Assembly: GCF_000150275.1 (NCBI RefSeq)
Contig: NW_002060951.1
Coordinates: 2,786,580-2,850,579 of the forward strand
DNA length: 64,000 nucleotides
Origin: Trichoplax adhaerens
Taxonomy: Eukaryota; Animalia; Placozoa
Direction: 5' to 3'
The notes under the pieces are model-generated. The model was not told where the DNA came from, made no database searches, and saw nothing but the letters and a program-made list of their open reading frames with translations. Position numbers and translations under genes: made by a program. Position 1 is the first letter of the stretch. Each line of letters opens with the position of its first letter. Positions 1-15,114 of the stretch are shown here, one piece after another.

Positions 1-3000
1 TGTTGCTGTTGCTATGGGTACAGCTAGAGACATTCGCGGCTTCGTTTGCAGATTGCATATCGAAACAGCCATACCAACGGTTAACAAATCGTCAACAGCA
101 TAATGCTATAAAATTGTGATTAGTTCATTGTCAGACCTTACTAACATCAGAGAATAAAGTTACTAGGTAAACGAAACCGTACCTACCTTCAACCCGTTGA
201 CAAATCGTATGCAAAGGAGATTGCAGTCTTTATCAGCCAAATATACTGAATCTACTAATCTAAAATTTTGATAGTGTAATCAGGTTATCTTGAACTTCTA
301 AATTAGGTGAAATAAAGCACTAAAAATGATTCTACCGAGTTAATGCTGATTCACAATTGAAATCTACATAGACTACAATCCCGACACAATCGAACTCATC
401 AAAAGGCATTGAAGTAAATTTCGATTTGACATTACCAACTTGATAGACCTATTTCAAACATCAAGCGATAAATAATGCTTTATTGGTCTAGATTTATTTG
501 GTTCTATTACATAAAATCATCTACCTGACGTTCGATGTAAAGACGTTCAATTGCAACTCGATAAGTTGTTATAGGAATAAATTTTGTTATACGAGTTGTA
601 GAAAGCTGTCAATATACATCAAATCTAAGGGTTAATGCTTAACGACTGTTACCTTCAAATATATAAAATAAAATATGAATACGGATAGAAAGATACCTGA
701 GCACTGCTGGATGTATTTTGAAATCTAGAAACTTAAAATGTTAGCTATCTGCGGTTTGAAAAATCATCAAATACTACGGAACAATAAAAAATTTTAAGTG
801 ATACCTATTAGGAGATGCCGTAAGATGATAAATTCTCAGCAGGTTTCCTTCATTCAACATTTCTAGAATCTCATCGCTTGGTTTCCAAATAGTAAGAAAG
901 CAATCTGGCATCCTTGATTTCTTGCGCTGATAATTGATAAGCCTAATCTTTTTTATAGGAGTGACGGCACTACTAGAAAACTTTAAATTGGTGAAACTAG
1001 TATCAATACAGTATAATTTTTCACAGCGGTAGTATATTTCAAAAACGACTGTATTTAATACTTTTTTAACATTGTCTTGTATCTTTCCTTGGATAACTGT
1101 TTGGATTTTTTCTACTTCAAAGCGATTTTGTGATAGCCGATAGTTCATCATATTTTGACGCTGTTTCTCATTAAGCTGTTTCTAAATTAAAATAATCGTG
1201 GTATATCTTTACTGAATATATATTGAAAATTCAATACAAAAGGAACTAACTAAAGTCTGGGTAAAATCCGCCAATACTACAAATGATATTAAGAAAGTTA
1301 TGATCTATACTTCAAAATTCGCAGGATCAGCAGCAACCCAGTATAGTTCGAAAAGTTTCTTTCCGTCTTCAATCGTTTCAATATTTTCGAAGGATTGCCT
1401 AGCCCTTTTCTTGTTTTGATCTGAGATAAAGTTACATACGTTATAATGCTTCGATTTCTCCGCAAATATACTATTACTGTATATCAAATCTTTGTGATAG
1501 AAATCACGATCAAAACTTATTGCCTCTATTGATGCTGAGTTCTAATTCCTTGAATGCCTCTAAGTATAGAGATTCAGCGAATTTTTCGCTCTTTTCGATT
1601 CTTGCTCTTGCTGCTCGATCCTCAGCACGTTCGCTATATACCCGAACGCAGTCATCGGTTTTTTCCATATATGTTAAGGGATAGCTACGCGCTACAACTA
1701 CATCCAGCCTGCCTACAAGTCCACCATCAGCATAAATGGTATCAATAGGAATAGGAAAAGCTCGAGAATGGCGTTGGTACCCCAACTTAGAATACCATTT
1801 TGCTCTTCTTGTCGAATTAGCAGAAAGACGCAACATTAGGGTATCGGGAGCCTAAAAGTAAATGTTACGAAATAGAACGATAAACTAATTCTCAACTCTG
1901 TGGTAATATACAAAGGAACAAGATTTTAAAAGAATAATGTAGAATCTTTGTTATGTTCAATTACGTTATATCACTAAAATTAATCGTATTTGGTATTTCG
2001 TACATCTAAGGGCGACACCGCATTAGTGGATCCAATCAATTCCGCACCAAAGATACATAACTTTTGTCCAATCGAAATTTTACCATCTGTTAATAACTTT
2101 GTAAGTGGCCGGTCTAAAAGGCCCTTAATGCTATACCATCCATCCGTTAACTCTATAACAGCAAATGTTGGTGCCTATTGTAATAAATTCCATTACTTAT
2201 GATAAATTGCAATAGCAATGCAATGTATGCGCATTTACGTATAGTCCTTAAGGAATTAATTTCGCCGACTTTAATTTCTAATTTACTCTGCTGTCTGAAC
2301 TTACACTTTCATCTATTGTATCACTAGATTTTTCGGGTTTACTTATAATATCGGATACACAAAGAACCAAAGTCCGACATGCGGTATCATCTCTTTCATA
2401 AATTTTCTTTAGTGCGGATCTTTTCGAGACGAAGATGTCAAACAGGATCATGTTAACTTTATACAGTTAATCTTTCATTCTTTACTATAATCTTAAAACT
2501 GTATCGGGAGAATCCTACCTACCTTTTACAGTTATTTATTTCCGTATCATATCGATATTTTAACTGATGTAGAACAACTTCAGGCGTTAAGGACCTATAT
2601 GAATCGATTAATGATTGTCTTTACTAAATCGTATAACAACAATTCACGTGTAATAAGTGATAAGCAAACACTAATGTATAATGCTCTTAATAAACTCCGA
2701 ACAATGGGTCTAAAAACTGTACCTGGACGCAAAACACTGAGGGAAAAAAACTTCATAAGCAGCTAATTTCCAAACGATCCATTTAAAATGATTAGCCACC
2801 CATTCCTTACTTATAAGCGACGGATTAATACTCGGTGCTCTAAGGAATGCCCTGTTTAAAGTTTGATTTCAGTACTACTGATTACTGCATATTAATATTA
2901 CTGTTTCCATGTACATGTAATAGTTCGAATAATACCTAGTAAAATCGTGTAGATCCAAAAAGCTATTATTTGTTAACAAGTAAATATCATCTTCTGTCTT

Positions 3001-6000
3001 GATATTAAACCTTTCGCAGCTTGATTCTTGACAGTTGGATTCCCTTGGTTTAAACTTAAAGGACATAGCAGTCTTACTTGTCACACTTAATACATTTTCT
3101 GTAAGTCCATAGGCCTCTAGCTAGTTAATTAAAATAGAATTAATTACAGTTAAATTACACGATCTGTTATTACAAATTAAGCATCAGAGCTTTTATTACG
3201 TGATTTTGACAACAATAAACGTGATACATTAATACCAGACTATGCCATGTAGAAACGTACTGCAACACGAATACGCTCACAAAATTTGATACCTGATCTC
3301 TTGTAAAGTTCTGTAATTGTCCATAAGAGATTAAAGATTTTAAACTATAGCGCTTGCTGCTCGTATTTATTTTCATCCGCAGCCAATAACCGGTTTGAGA
3401 GAAAGGGTCTTGATTATTTTCCATGAGAATATGAGTATTACGACCATTGCGGGGGCTACTTTTTGGATAGCTTACGGCGTTGGCATTTTCTGCATTTTTA
3501 ATTCATTACGTTATTAATTTTAATAAGTTTATCAAATTTAGACTACTTGCAAAAAATACGCGGCAGCCTCATTTAAGCAAAGATACGTAGTCAACGATAT
3601 TGTCTGTTAGTAAACTCTTAACGCCTTTTGATCGCAGATTACACTCTAATTATCTCATAAAACGGTAATTTCTGCATTTGATAAATATAAAGTCTTAACC
3701 TCTCTCCGTCCAGCAATTTAAATGTCTAGAGATTTTCGAAGGATAAAGACAATGCATACTTCCATTTCTCTTTATATTAAAACTACTTTTAAACCTAGAT
3801 TTAAACAGTAAAGCTGTATTTAGTCTTGGTAAAACAAAAACATAAGTTAAAACTACAATTGTGAACTCATCTACCTTTTAAGGGTTGAATTGTTTTGACG
3901 ATGATATTGACCTCCGATAGGAGTACAACGCACCGGTTTCAATGCCGGCTTAGAAGGCACACGATCAGCAAACGTAACTAAAAAAAAGTATATTAAAGAC
4001 GTATTCTAGTAATAATATTAAGGTATCCCCAAAATTATCATAAGTAGGTCGAGATCATGGGGTTATCCTGATAATTAACATACCGTATTCGCGAATTTAG
4101 TAAAAACTGTATAGCTGGATACACAAGGCTATTTACAATTTAAATTTAGTACAATTAAATCAAGAATTGTGCTTACATGTTGGAGATGTTGATATTGGTA
4201 TAAGGCGTTTACGCATACCATCTATCTATCAAGAATAAAAATAGAACTAAAATTACATAACTAGAGAAAGACTTCTGAGGATCCAAATAAATTACAAAAG
4301 TTAGAGGGTCACTAATAGTTACATAATGGTACCAACGATTCGATTAATAAATTTATAAAGACTTTTTAAAGAAGCATTATATTACTGATACTGTACTGAA
4401 GTTGAACAAGAAGTAAGCCCAAGACAACTAATAATGAGATGTTACAATAGCATTAATGTTATAATGCTATGTCGCCTTCCAACGTATAACAATGTTTAAA
4501 AATAAAGTCTAAAACTACAGGCTATCGAATTCTTAACAATTTATTATGGTTGTAGAAAATACGTTAATGTAGCTCTCGCATATCTTTTCTCGGAAAATGC
4601 AAAGTTAGTATTCTATTTTACCGAATTTTTTTCCAAATTCCTATCGCATTTTGTTTCTGCCTCAAAGATATAAATATATGCTTAGTTATTCCGAGAGTCA
4701 AGTTCGAGAACGATAGGGAACACACAAATATCGTGACTAGTAACGCCTAGATTTAGCTGTTACATCATGCAGTAAGACTGATTGCAAGCGTTAAAAATGT
4801 ACGCGTAGATCTAGTTACCGTTTTTGGAGATTTTTGAACCGGTATCGAAGGCGAGAATAGAACTATCTATTTTACTTTTTCGCCAGTGATCATCAGAAAG
4901 TAAGGCTTTCGCACATTCTTCACTTTCTCGTACTACTTCCAAATCAGTCATAGAATGAAGACTAGGAATCGAAGAACTACCGCAATTATTACTTTCAAAA
5001 ACATTATTTTTTGTCGTCGGATTATCGCCTTCAGTCTCAGATAAAAGTAATCTTGCCTTACGCAACGATTCTTCTGATACTTTAATATTAGTCCCTTTTG
5101 CAGATTTGAATCCGCCCATAATGCACGGTTTTCCCCTGTTAACAAGCTGGTTGGTTTCATCGATCGTATTCATATTGATATCTGGCTTGACATGAGGTTC
5201 GACAGGGGTTTTATTTCTGCTTTGGAATGCATCGCTCCGGCAAGGGGTTTCAATGTTGCTGTTTTTGACTGAATTGCTTTTGCTATCGAATGTTTCACCA
5301 ATATGGCAGATAGTATCATCAGGATCTAAAATCTTTTCAGATTTTATTGCTAATTCAAGCAGTGGTTCGTTTATTGTTGAGCTGTCACGATGAATTTCAG
5401 ATAAAAGTGATTCCGCTAAATCTAAAGATGCATCCGAAACAGTAATGTTTGTGCCTTTAGCAGTTTGAAATCCGGAGTTTACATTTCCAGAGATATCTAG
5501 TTTATCATTTTTTGTACTACTTTTCAGATTATGTTGACCAGAGGGAGATTCAGACAAGCCAATTTTGTCTAGTATATCGCAATTTCTTAACTGCGTATCG
5601 GAACTCCTTATAGCACTTTCAGTTCTATTTCGATGAATCTCCGGTTCCCCTACTTTCTTAAAACCTTTACTGGTGGCATATCTATAGATAAAATTTTTAT
5701 CTATGTTGCTAAAAGAATTATTACTATTCGATGCCACCTCTTCCGATTTTAGTTCTGGCTGCATCTCGTCTATTGCGAAGTTTTCAAAACCCACTTCAGA
5801 CAATAGTAATTTCGCCGACTGTAATGCTTCATCAGATATAGTAATACATCCACCTCTAGCAGTTTGAAAATCAAAATCTACCTTAGATCTTTTATTAGTA
5901 CGAGTATCTGTTTGTTGGTAAGCACTTGAATTATCTTCAGTATTGCCTCGTTGAAAATCAGAATTTCGCATTATATGAAGCTTATTCGATTCATGGTGCT

Positions 6001-9000
6001 CTTGGGATTCACGTTTACCTGACACTTTTATTGATATGTCGCGATCTTGCATAAGTACGCATTTTTTCTCTTTCACAAAGTCACTACCCTCGACAAAATT
6101 GTTCGAGAAATCCTGACGGTTCTGATTACCAACATCATTTTGAGTCTTTATCCTTTCAGATTCCCTATCTAATAATTGGTGGCTTTCGAAATCATTAAGT
6201 AGGGCATTAACTTGTTTAAGTGATTCAGTAGATACGCAAACCTCTTTGCTTGAGGCAGTTGCAAAAGCAACACTATTGCATGCAATTTCAGAGGCATTAT
6301 TTTTAGAATTACTATGAACTTTATTTGTATTCGAGGTCTTCTTTATGGATTGCATTCGCACACCCGTATTTGATTTTTCTGAGTTGTTTAAAGATTTGGT
6401 TTTGGACTGAACTGATCGAGGTGGTACAAATTGTGACACACGCTTCCGTGTATGTGGGGACTTGAGATCCTCTAACGAACCATCAGAGAGGTTGTCTATG
6501 TCTTTCAGTAAGATCGTAGCGCGATGAAGAGCTGCCTTCGATATAGGAACCTTTTGACCGGATGCTGTACTAAATCCTGATAGACCATCCGAAGACTTGG
6601 AATCCTTTGTAAATGATGCGGCAGTATTATGACAGCTAGAATGAGAATCAGGTCTTAACCTTTGAGACTTATTACCAGGCTTCAAGTTCGATGTATAGCT
6701 ATTGGTACGATGGAAAGATTTCTGCTCTGAAGATGAAAAATCCTCCCTTATTAATAATGTATTAGATTTATTTTGGTTAGCTAACATTAAGCCCTGGCCT
6801 TTCGTGATTGAAGTCAAATCAGAATCGATCAAGGATGGAGAACCTCTTTTTAGAGGCGAAACTTTCTCTTCGGTAGTGTCTAGCTCTAGATCACTTTCTT
6901 TTCGCAATCCTTCAATAAAGTTGTTAGCTTCGAGCTCAATTTCCATCATCATAGCCTTAGCTTCATTAAGATGCTTGTCAGATATTCGAACTTTTTTTCC
7001 AGTTGCAGTCCGAAAACTGCAAATGTTCTCAATAGGTGTATTTAAACAGTTTAAATGCTGACTGCCATTAGCAACCGTCTCAGCTGCTTCCATTTCTTTT
7101 GATTCAGCCTCGAGAAGTACTTCATCGGAAACTTCATTCCTTTCGGTACAAATGAATTGGGCATCAAGATGATTCTTAGGATGGTGTACTACGTCCAGAT
7201 TCTTCTTAAACCGGCTTAAATCGTCAGGGCTTGGACATGTTTGGGTGCATACAACATCAGCACTGGCACTTTTATTGTTATCGTTATTCTGTAAGTCTAT
7301 TCTATATCCATTCTTTTCTGCGTTTTCAAATTCCGTATTTAATAGGCTGTAAGAAATATCTTCAGGTGTGGAAGTAATATCTGTATTGATGACAACCAGA
7401 TTCTTAGTAGCTTCACTTAAGCAATTTCTTTTATCATAATAAATTTTCGAGTTTTCAGTCAAAATTTGATATTTTGACTGCACCATGGTTTCCGGCGTAC
7501 TTTGTTTCTTTCCTATAATAATAGACGTACCATATTCAGTCCAAAAAACAATACTATAAGTGCCTTATCAAGAAGATACTGATATTTTACTTTTTTTTTC
7601 CAGTACAGGATTGTACATGGAACCAAATCCACTACTTTCAGTTGCGTTGGGTAATAATTTGGCTAAATCTTCCGCCCCGTTATTATCAGTGTGACTGTTA
7701 ATTACATTAGTGTTTCCGAGATTTGTTTGGAACGCTGTATCAAAAAGTACTCTTGCTACAACCTAGAGAGATAAAATGTCTCCATTTAAATACTGAGCAT
7801 AGCATGAAAATAATACTTAACATCGTAGACTTAGATATTAAGAAGACCTTTGATTGGCTGTTTATTCTTGATGCATTGTTACTACTATTCATTGTTATAT
7901 CCTTGCAATTTGATCCTGTAAATGCAGCTAAAAATTTAGGTATAAATGTTAATAAATCCTTGAATAATAGCACTCTTTAGAACGCAGATATCGCCGGTTA
8001 CATCAATCTCTTCAGGTACTAACTTTGTCCTTCCGCATTCTGAAAAGATCTATGATTTTTAGATAATCCTTTGCTACTAGATGGAGGTGGAGTAGCTAAG
8101 GAATCCGTCCAAATGTAGTAATTATCATCTTCTATACTAATAATTGGATGTGTTTGTATTGTATTTTGAATCTAAGCAAAACGACAATATAGTACTTAAA
8201 GCAGTTCATAAAGTAAATCTTAGCGCGCTTATGCACATCTATTAAATAATTCATAAAGTTATAAATACTACCTTCGGGGTTGCAATCGAACAATTGGATA
8301 AATCTGCCGAGAACAAATAGTAACGTTAACTTTATGTAATTAAAGCTTGAAGACGAAATCTGCCAAGGTTATAATTTAAAGAAAGCATTCGGAAGCTACT
8401 TACCTGATTTAGGCTTGTCGTTTACAGTTTGTATAAAGGTTGCTAAGCGCGACTGGGGCTGACATCTATAATTTTACAGACAAAAAATTCTACAACTATT
8501 ATCACAGAAACTACTGTAGCTGAGCTTAAGTTCTATTTAATTATGTATAATAAAGATTACATAAGAACAGCAGCTGACCGGTATTGTAGAGCAGAAGATT
8601 GGCATAAACGATTTCTTTTAAGATTTACATAAGTTATGGTATGACTTTAAATTACACGGTAATAATATAATTGATCATATCCTAACGCTATCGAGCAAAT
8701 ACTCTTCTAAATGTCTATCCGCAGAATACGCACAATTCGTATGACCAGAGATCATAGTAAAATATCACTCTCACCTTCGAGCATTGTAAATTTCATCCTC
8801 ACTGCTATCGCTGAGTGAGGAAGTTCGCACATGAAGAGGAACAGTACTGAGTATTGGTGAACCGCTATTAGTAAGAGCAACTGGCGTAGAAGACGATAAA
8901 TGAAGACCAGAAGACATTTGGCGTGCAGTTAATGGTGATTCTCCGGAGTTATTTGCATTCCAGATTGGTATAGGGCTATCAGTCAAAGAGACCAGGATAT

Positions 9001-10189
9001 CATTAAAACTATCATCGGGTCTGTTATAGCTAGAATGGATCAATCTAAAGAAAGGCAGACACAAGGATCGGTTTGACATGTTAGAAAAACTAAAGCTGTG
9101 GAGTAAATTGCGATTAAGTTCTAATAATACCAGTGTACAGTTTAGAGCGTGCGTACCTGCGACTACTACCAGCTGTGTGTGTGTATGTAATTTTTTGTGT
9201 TGGAGAGAATAAATTGGGGGATTTCGTATATGACATTAAAGAAGATGGTGTTTTATCATCTGCAATGAATTGAGAATTTTTTGGTGTTTCGTCATTGTGA
9301 TGGTTATAACAGCTTGTTTTATTTTCTTTGCATGAAGTGTCTTTACAATTTCCTTGGATTTTAGATATTTAAAATCGAATACAAATAAAAATTATTCTTA
9401 GAGAAAGATTTCAATGGAAAGGGGATATAGCTAAATAGTACTCAAATACTAGCAAAGTATGGTAGTCATTTATTTGAAATCATGTAAGTTTTGGATAAAA
9501 CAAATCTAAGCATACTTTCACAAATCATCATAGATGACAAACGGAAAATCTATACTCACTATGACTGGATTTTCTAATAAAAGCAACTAATTTTCACACA
9601 TACAGTATATTCTTTCTTTCAAACCAAACAACGGAATTTTACTTTCCCAACAACTATAACGCGATCACAACTGAAACGTCGCCAATTCAGTCAAGGAAAG
9701 CAAAACGCTGCTATTTAGAACTTAACTGTAAATGATTTTTACGGTATTGGGACAATGGATAATAAAATTTAGCCATACCATAAAGTAATAGTAAACCATG
9801 GTTGAATTACTGCGCTCGTTGTAACCTTACTACCACTCAAGTTAAATTATACATGAATTCCTTTACACTGTCAAGTAAATAAATTACTTTTATGTATCTA
9901 TTTACAATGCGGTCAGCATGTAAAATTCTATATAGATACGACATATGATTACATGAATAAAGTTAGTGTATTGGTGGGCTTACTAAACTATAAACAGGAT
10001 ATAAGACTGTAGTTTATCATTGTTGTACATGCTCTAGTTGGTCAGCGATACTGTACCTTCTGTTAATTGTCGGCCAAATGTGAATAGATAAGATTCGATA
10101 GGCATATCTTCACTGTCATCAAATTCAATCTTATTACTAGGTACTATTTGCATCTGTTGACATCTACCGCTGCGGTATGAAAAATCCAT
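1..10189 (-). CDS. BRCA2: BRCA2 homologue, multi-exon, 3' end beyond the window start; the start codon at 10189 is tentative
   Basis: The large exon (ORF 4811-7486) has six BRC repeats ([54 protein letters not shown]). The N-terminal [10 protein letters not shown] motif is at about 8085-8112. DNA-binding domain exons encode [44 protein letters not shown] and OB-fold segments ([21 protein letters not shown]). Confidence 0.95.
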
Positions 10190-11159
10190 TTTACTTGTAC
10201 GTCCTATAAAAACTTTAAATTTTTAGTGCAACATGCATTTTCTGGATTGTATACTACATTAATAATAGCTACGCTCATAGTGATGCATCCATTTCATGAA
10301 AAGAATACAACAGCGCCGATTAATAAAATGAATGAACTTTAATTGTAAACTAGTACTCCGTGAAATAACAATTTCTTACAATGAAACATACGCATAGATT
10401 CCAGGAAATTCCAAACTTATGACTGCATTTACGACTAACTCATACCCCTTCATTCGAAAGGGTGATGTACTGGTTGTTACACTTAATATACGCTATGAGT
10501 TTCTTAAATTTCGATATGCATTAAAGCATTTACGTACTTACTAATTCTGCAGTGCACACTGTACATTGCACAGCCTTCAGCACAAGTGCAATTAATCATG
10601 TCCGTCTTAGTTTTTTACCTTTTCAAGAAGACAATTGGGAATTCTACTATTCCTGGAACTTTTGAACTTGAGTACAGTAGTTTGGGATCTTACTAAAAAC
10701 TTCAATGTTGAATAATTCAATTACAGTATATCATCGGTCTGTTTGTTCTGCGGTAAATTTCATTTTCGTGGGGTTGTTTCGGCTGTCTTGAGATCGTTTA
10801 TAAACACATGTTTAATATTACTTTATTACTTCCTTTTTTTCAGCACCGAGTGCATCAGATACTGTGTGATGCCATCAAAGTCGTGTTTCGAAAAATACAT
10901 ATAACTATGGTTAATCGAGATACTGTATACTGTACACTGTGTGCACTTGAATACTTGTGTCTTGGTGTAGACTTTTTAAGATAAAAGCTTTAGTAAAGGT
11001 TCATGACTTAAAGAGTAGTATAAAGTTTGTAATTTCCCGCCATTGTACGCCTTATAGACTTCATGTAGTGTGCACTGTGCAGTGCACTTTACAGTACCGT
11101 ATTGTCAGTACGTAAACCGGGTATGATTAGCACAGCGAGTTAGTGTAAACACTGCATGA

Positions 11160-11570
11160 GCCAGTACTGTACAGTACTCTAGTGTACTGTACTGTACACT
11201 GTACAGTACGCGAGCCGGCGAGTAGCTGAGTCAAACACCCTACCGTATAGTACTGTACAGTACAGTGTACAGTATAATACAGTACAGTACAGTGTACAGT
11301 ATAATACAGTACAGTACAGTGTACTGTACAGTATAATACAGTACAGTACAGCAGGTGGTACTAGGTTATACAGTACTGTAGTGGCTACTCAATAACCGAG
11401 CCAGTAGCTTATTTATTTTTTTTATTATTACAGTACTGTATTAATCTTATATAGCATTCGGAGTGAATAAGAAGGAAAAAGCAAAGAATATTTCATTTAA
11501 ATTTAATTTATCGCATCTCGTAGTGTACAGTACAAATCAGGTCTAAGTACAACAGTACAGTACAGTACAT
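11160..11570. repeat. TACAG/TACTG (GTACW)n array between divergent BRCA2 and SBDS, including a ~27-32 bp higher-order repeat (x3) at about 11256-11350
   Basis: Read directly: tactgtacagtacagtgtacagtataatacagtacagtacagtgtacagtataatacag... Confidence 0.9.
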
Positions 11571-11597
11571 GCTAACACAGAATTCCTTGCAGTTAAA

Positions 11598-13282
11598 ATG
11601 TCAATTTTCACGCCTATTAATCAGTTAAAATTAACGAACGTCGCGGTGGTTCGCCTAAAGCGTAATGGAAAGCGATTTGAAATAGCTTGCTATAAAAATA
11701 AAGTCATTTCCTGGCGTAATAAAGCGTGAGTACCATTTTTAGTACTATACGGTACAGTACATCATAGGCAGTAATTAATCAATCAAGATCTTGAAATCAC
11801 TATACTGTACTGTACACAATTATATATTATTAATTATAATCACAGTTTATCAAGTTCAACATTTTTGCGTTGATTACTAAGAAATTTATTACGATAGTAT
11901 TTTAGCACTAATCTATCATATTATGTAGAACTGTACTTGCTATGTAGTAGGCACTCAGTATAAAATACAATAAAAGTATATTCTTTTGTGTCCTACCTGC
12001 AAGCTGTAAGCCATTAGCTCACTCAGTACAGACATTATTTTTGTAATGATGTTGATCTTTAGGAACATTTGCAACTACAAGCTACTGTGTATGCTATTTC
12101 TGACTCTTGCACGTTCTCTTTGTAGGGAAAAAGATATAGAAGAAGTACTCCAGACTCACTCCATTTTTATCAATGTTTCCAAAGGTCAGGTCGCTAAAAA
12201 AGAAGATCTTTTCAAAGCTTTTGGTACATATGACGATACCGAAATATGCAAAGAGGTTCATATTACTTAATGCACGTACGAGCTGAGCATTGCTTTTTAA
12301 TTGATAAGCAGAAGTATTTACAGAGTTATATCTTTTATAATGAAGAACATTCCTACATAACTTGCTTTAATTATTACATACGTACTATATGATACACTGC
12401 TACAATATATCACTTTTGTTAACTTTGTAGGTACAATTCTATTTTATCTACCATAGATTTTAATGAAAGGAGATTTACAAGTATCAGAGAAAGAACGTGC
12501 ATCCCAAATTGAGACTATGTTTCGAGAGATTGCCACTATAGTGGCTGATAAATGCGTAAATCCAGAAACGAAAAGACCCTATACTGTAAGTTTGATTGAA
12601 AAGGGAATGAAAGACATCCATTACTCTGTCAAGACGAATAAGAATACTAAACAACAAGTATGTTAAGTTCTTTATCTTACTGAAAAAAACTTCGTTAAAA
12701 ATTCGTATATATTGCTCAGTCAAGATACCTACTACTCGAAAGTAATCAATATTTTTCTTAAAGTTATCAAACGCAATACTAGTTGTTGAGGTCCAGTTTA
12801 ACTTAAAATATTAGTTATTCCCTACTGCTAAAGTTTAACCGCTATAATTCGTATTTACTAGGCCTTGGACGTAATCAGACAACTTAAAGAAAATATGCAG
12901 ATTGAGCGTGCACAAATGAGGTTACGATTAACTTTGACAGGTCGCGAAGGTAGGAAAGCTAAAGAGATCTTGTATCCGAAAATGGCCCATGTGGAGAAAG
13001 ATGAGTGGGATAATGGATCACTAGAAATTGTAAATTAACGAGACTTTAACATGCAAATTGCACAACTATTGTGTATACTCTTCTATGTCTTGGTTCGACA
13101 GCTAAAAATGTTTAGTAAATTTCTAACCGTAACAATTTATATACCTACTGCAGGTTTGCTTGATCGATCCGGGTCACCTGCGTTCATTTGACGAAACGGT
13201 AAGATCACTGACGAAAGGAAAGGGCTCAGTTGAGGTTTTAAATCTAAAAGACATTGAGGAAGGAGATGGAAAGTTGATATAG
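11598..13282 (+). CDS. SBDS: Ribosome maturation protein SBDS, 5 exons
   Basis: [36 protein letters not shown]; [16 protein letters not shown]; [11 protein letters not shown]; [11 protein letters not shown]; ERAQMRLR; CLIDPG; GT-AG introns join in frame; TAG at 13280-13282. Confidence 0.97.
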
Positions 13283-14664
13283 TTTTTACTTTATCTTAAT
13301 TATAACTTACTATCATGCAAAACCTCACAACTACGAGAGAGTTATTTCTAAGTGCATATATGTATTCACACTTTTGTAAGATTGTATAAATATTTTGTTA
13401 AACAGAACAAAGTGGCGTATACGTAGATTATACGTTAGTGCCAAGAGACCTTAAAATTATACCGTAATCTAATTATCTAATATCTGTAGGTTGCAATTCG
13501 TAGTTATTTTAATGCCCCATGTGACTCAAATATGCAATATATAGTGTTCTATGCGCTTTTGAAGGTATACCTACTGTGCGTACCGTATATACGTAAATTG
13601 TTTAAATGAGTATACAGTATAGTAATATAATTATTATACTTTGTTGCCTACATTTTCTATACTCTAACATCATATGCTCGTAAATTAATTCGGAGGAGAG
13701 TTTATAGCGTGCTGCATTACGCGTATTAATTATACAGAAATGGGTAGTTCATTATAATGTGAATGTATCAAAAAATAAATATGTTTGCGTCAGCTCTTAC
13801 CTCACTGTACATTCACTGATGTTTACTTTTACTTTCAAAGGTAAAAACTGTACATCTAACTATAAAATTAAGAATTTAAATCAGATCTCTTGATCCTTAC
13901 AATTACAGGCAACTAAATTATAATAGTACAGAAAATATTACTGTACGAGCTTATATAATAAGATAAATTTACAAACTTATTACGAGTCGCCCCATCATCT
14001 GCATCTAAAATATGCTCAGATAGCAATAAACTACTTACTGTACAGTATTGATAAGTAGGTAAGTTATATCCAAGTACTTGACATATTAAACTCCGTCTGC
14101 AAGATATTCAGAACTTTGCTAAAATTACTTAATACTACAGTGCTTTAGAAACTATCAGTTCAATTGAGCGTCAAGTAGCTATGTCTTGATATCGTATGCC
14201 TTAAATTGTAAACTAAAAAAGCACAAGTACTTAGTCTGAAAATGTAACCAGAAGTCAAAAGGGATCAACATTGATCCGCCAAAAGACTAACAGAACTGGA
14301 AATTTCAAATTAACTAGCTTAATATCCTGTCACTTTGCTGACATAGATATTATATAGTTCGTTTACGCTTTTAAATAACTATAATATAAACTGACGTTAT
14401 AAGTTACGATCAGGGATTGATAGTAATTGTGAAATATTAATCCTCGATATTAAATAATTATTAATAATTATTGTTATTATCATTATTAATATCAGTGTTC
14501 AGCTGTTGGTAATAAGTAATAATAACATTATCATTGGACTACTGTAATACTAATAATTCACTCAAGCAATATGACATTAAATGTCACTTAGTGCAAAAAT
14601 TAAATTATGGATTTCTGTCCATGCTGTATATTCAGTAGGTAACACCAGGGACTCCTCACCACCC

Positions 14665-14708
14665 CCAGCTTCACAACAATTGAAATTACAGTAACGTTGT
14701 GAAGCTGG
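14665..14708. other. Perfect 13-bp inverted repeat (hairpin) with an 18-nt loop
   Basis: ccagcttcacaac (14665-14677) and gttgtgaagctgg (14696-14708). Confidence 0.7.
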
Positions 14709-14759
14709 ACGGATATCGTGACCTTTACTTAATTTGCATAGAGGAACCAAGTATGGCCT

Positions 14760-14940
14760 AAATACAGTACAACGAAAGTACAGTACAGTACAGTACTCAA
14801 TGTAATGTGCGTATGTGCTCACATGACTTTACCTTATTAAGTACAATGCTGTCGTGTACAGTGACCCACACTGTACTGTAACTGAGTGTACAGTAGTTGC
14901 ATGGAACTGAGTAATATACTGTACTGTACTTCACTGTCAG
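14760..14940. repeat. (GTACW)n array upstream of CHFR
   Basis: aagtacagtacagtacagtac; cactgtactgta; tactgtactgtac. Confidence 0.8.
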
Positions 14941-15114
14941 TAAAAGTAAAAGTTATAACACCCGTGCCCCGCGAATGTATCAGGAACACTAACCGTCCTG
15001 TACCGCAACGATGCGAGTCCGAACAAGTAAACAAAAACAAATGACGATTTAGCTATAAAATTCGAACCATAATATGTATATCTAGTGATCCATTGTTATA
15101 CAATTTCAATCAAC

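Noticed and set aside
5600-5700. Possible seventh BRC repeat ([10 protein letters not shown])
   Set aside because: It lacks the Phe of FxxA and the downstream helix with the LLxE-type ending.
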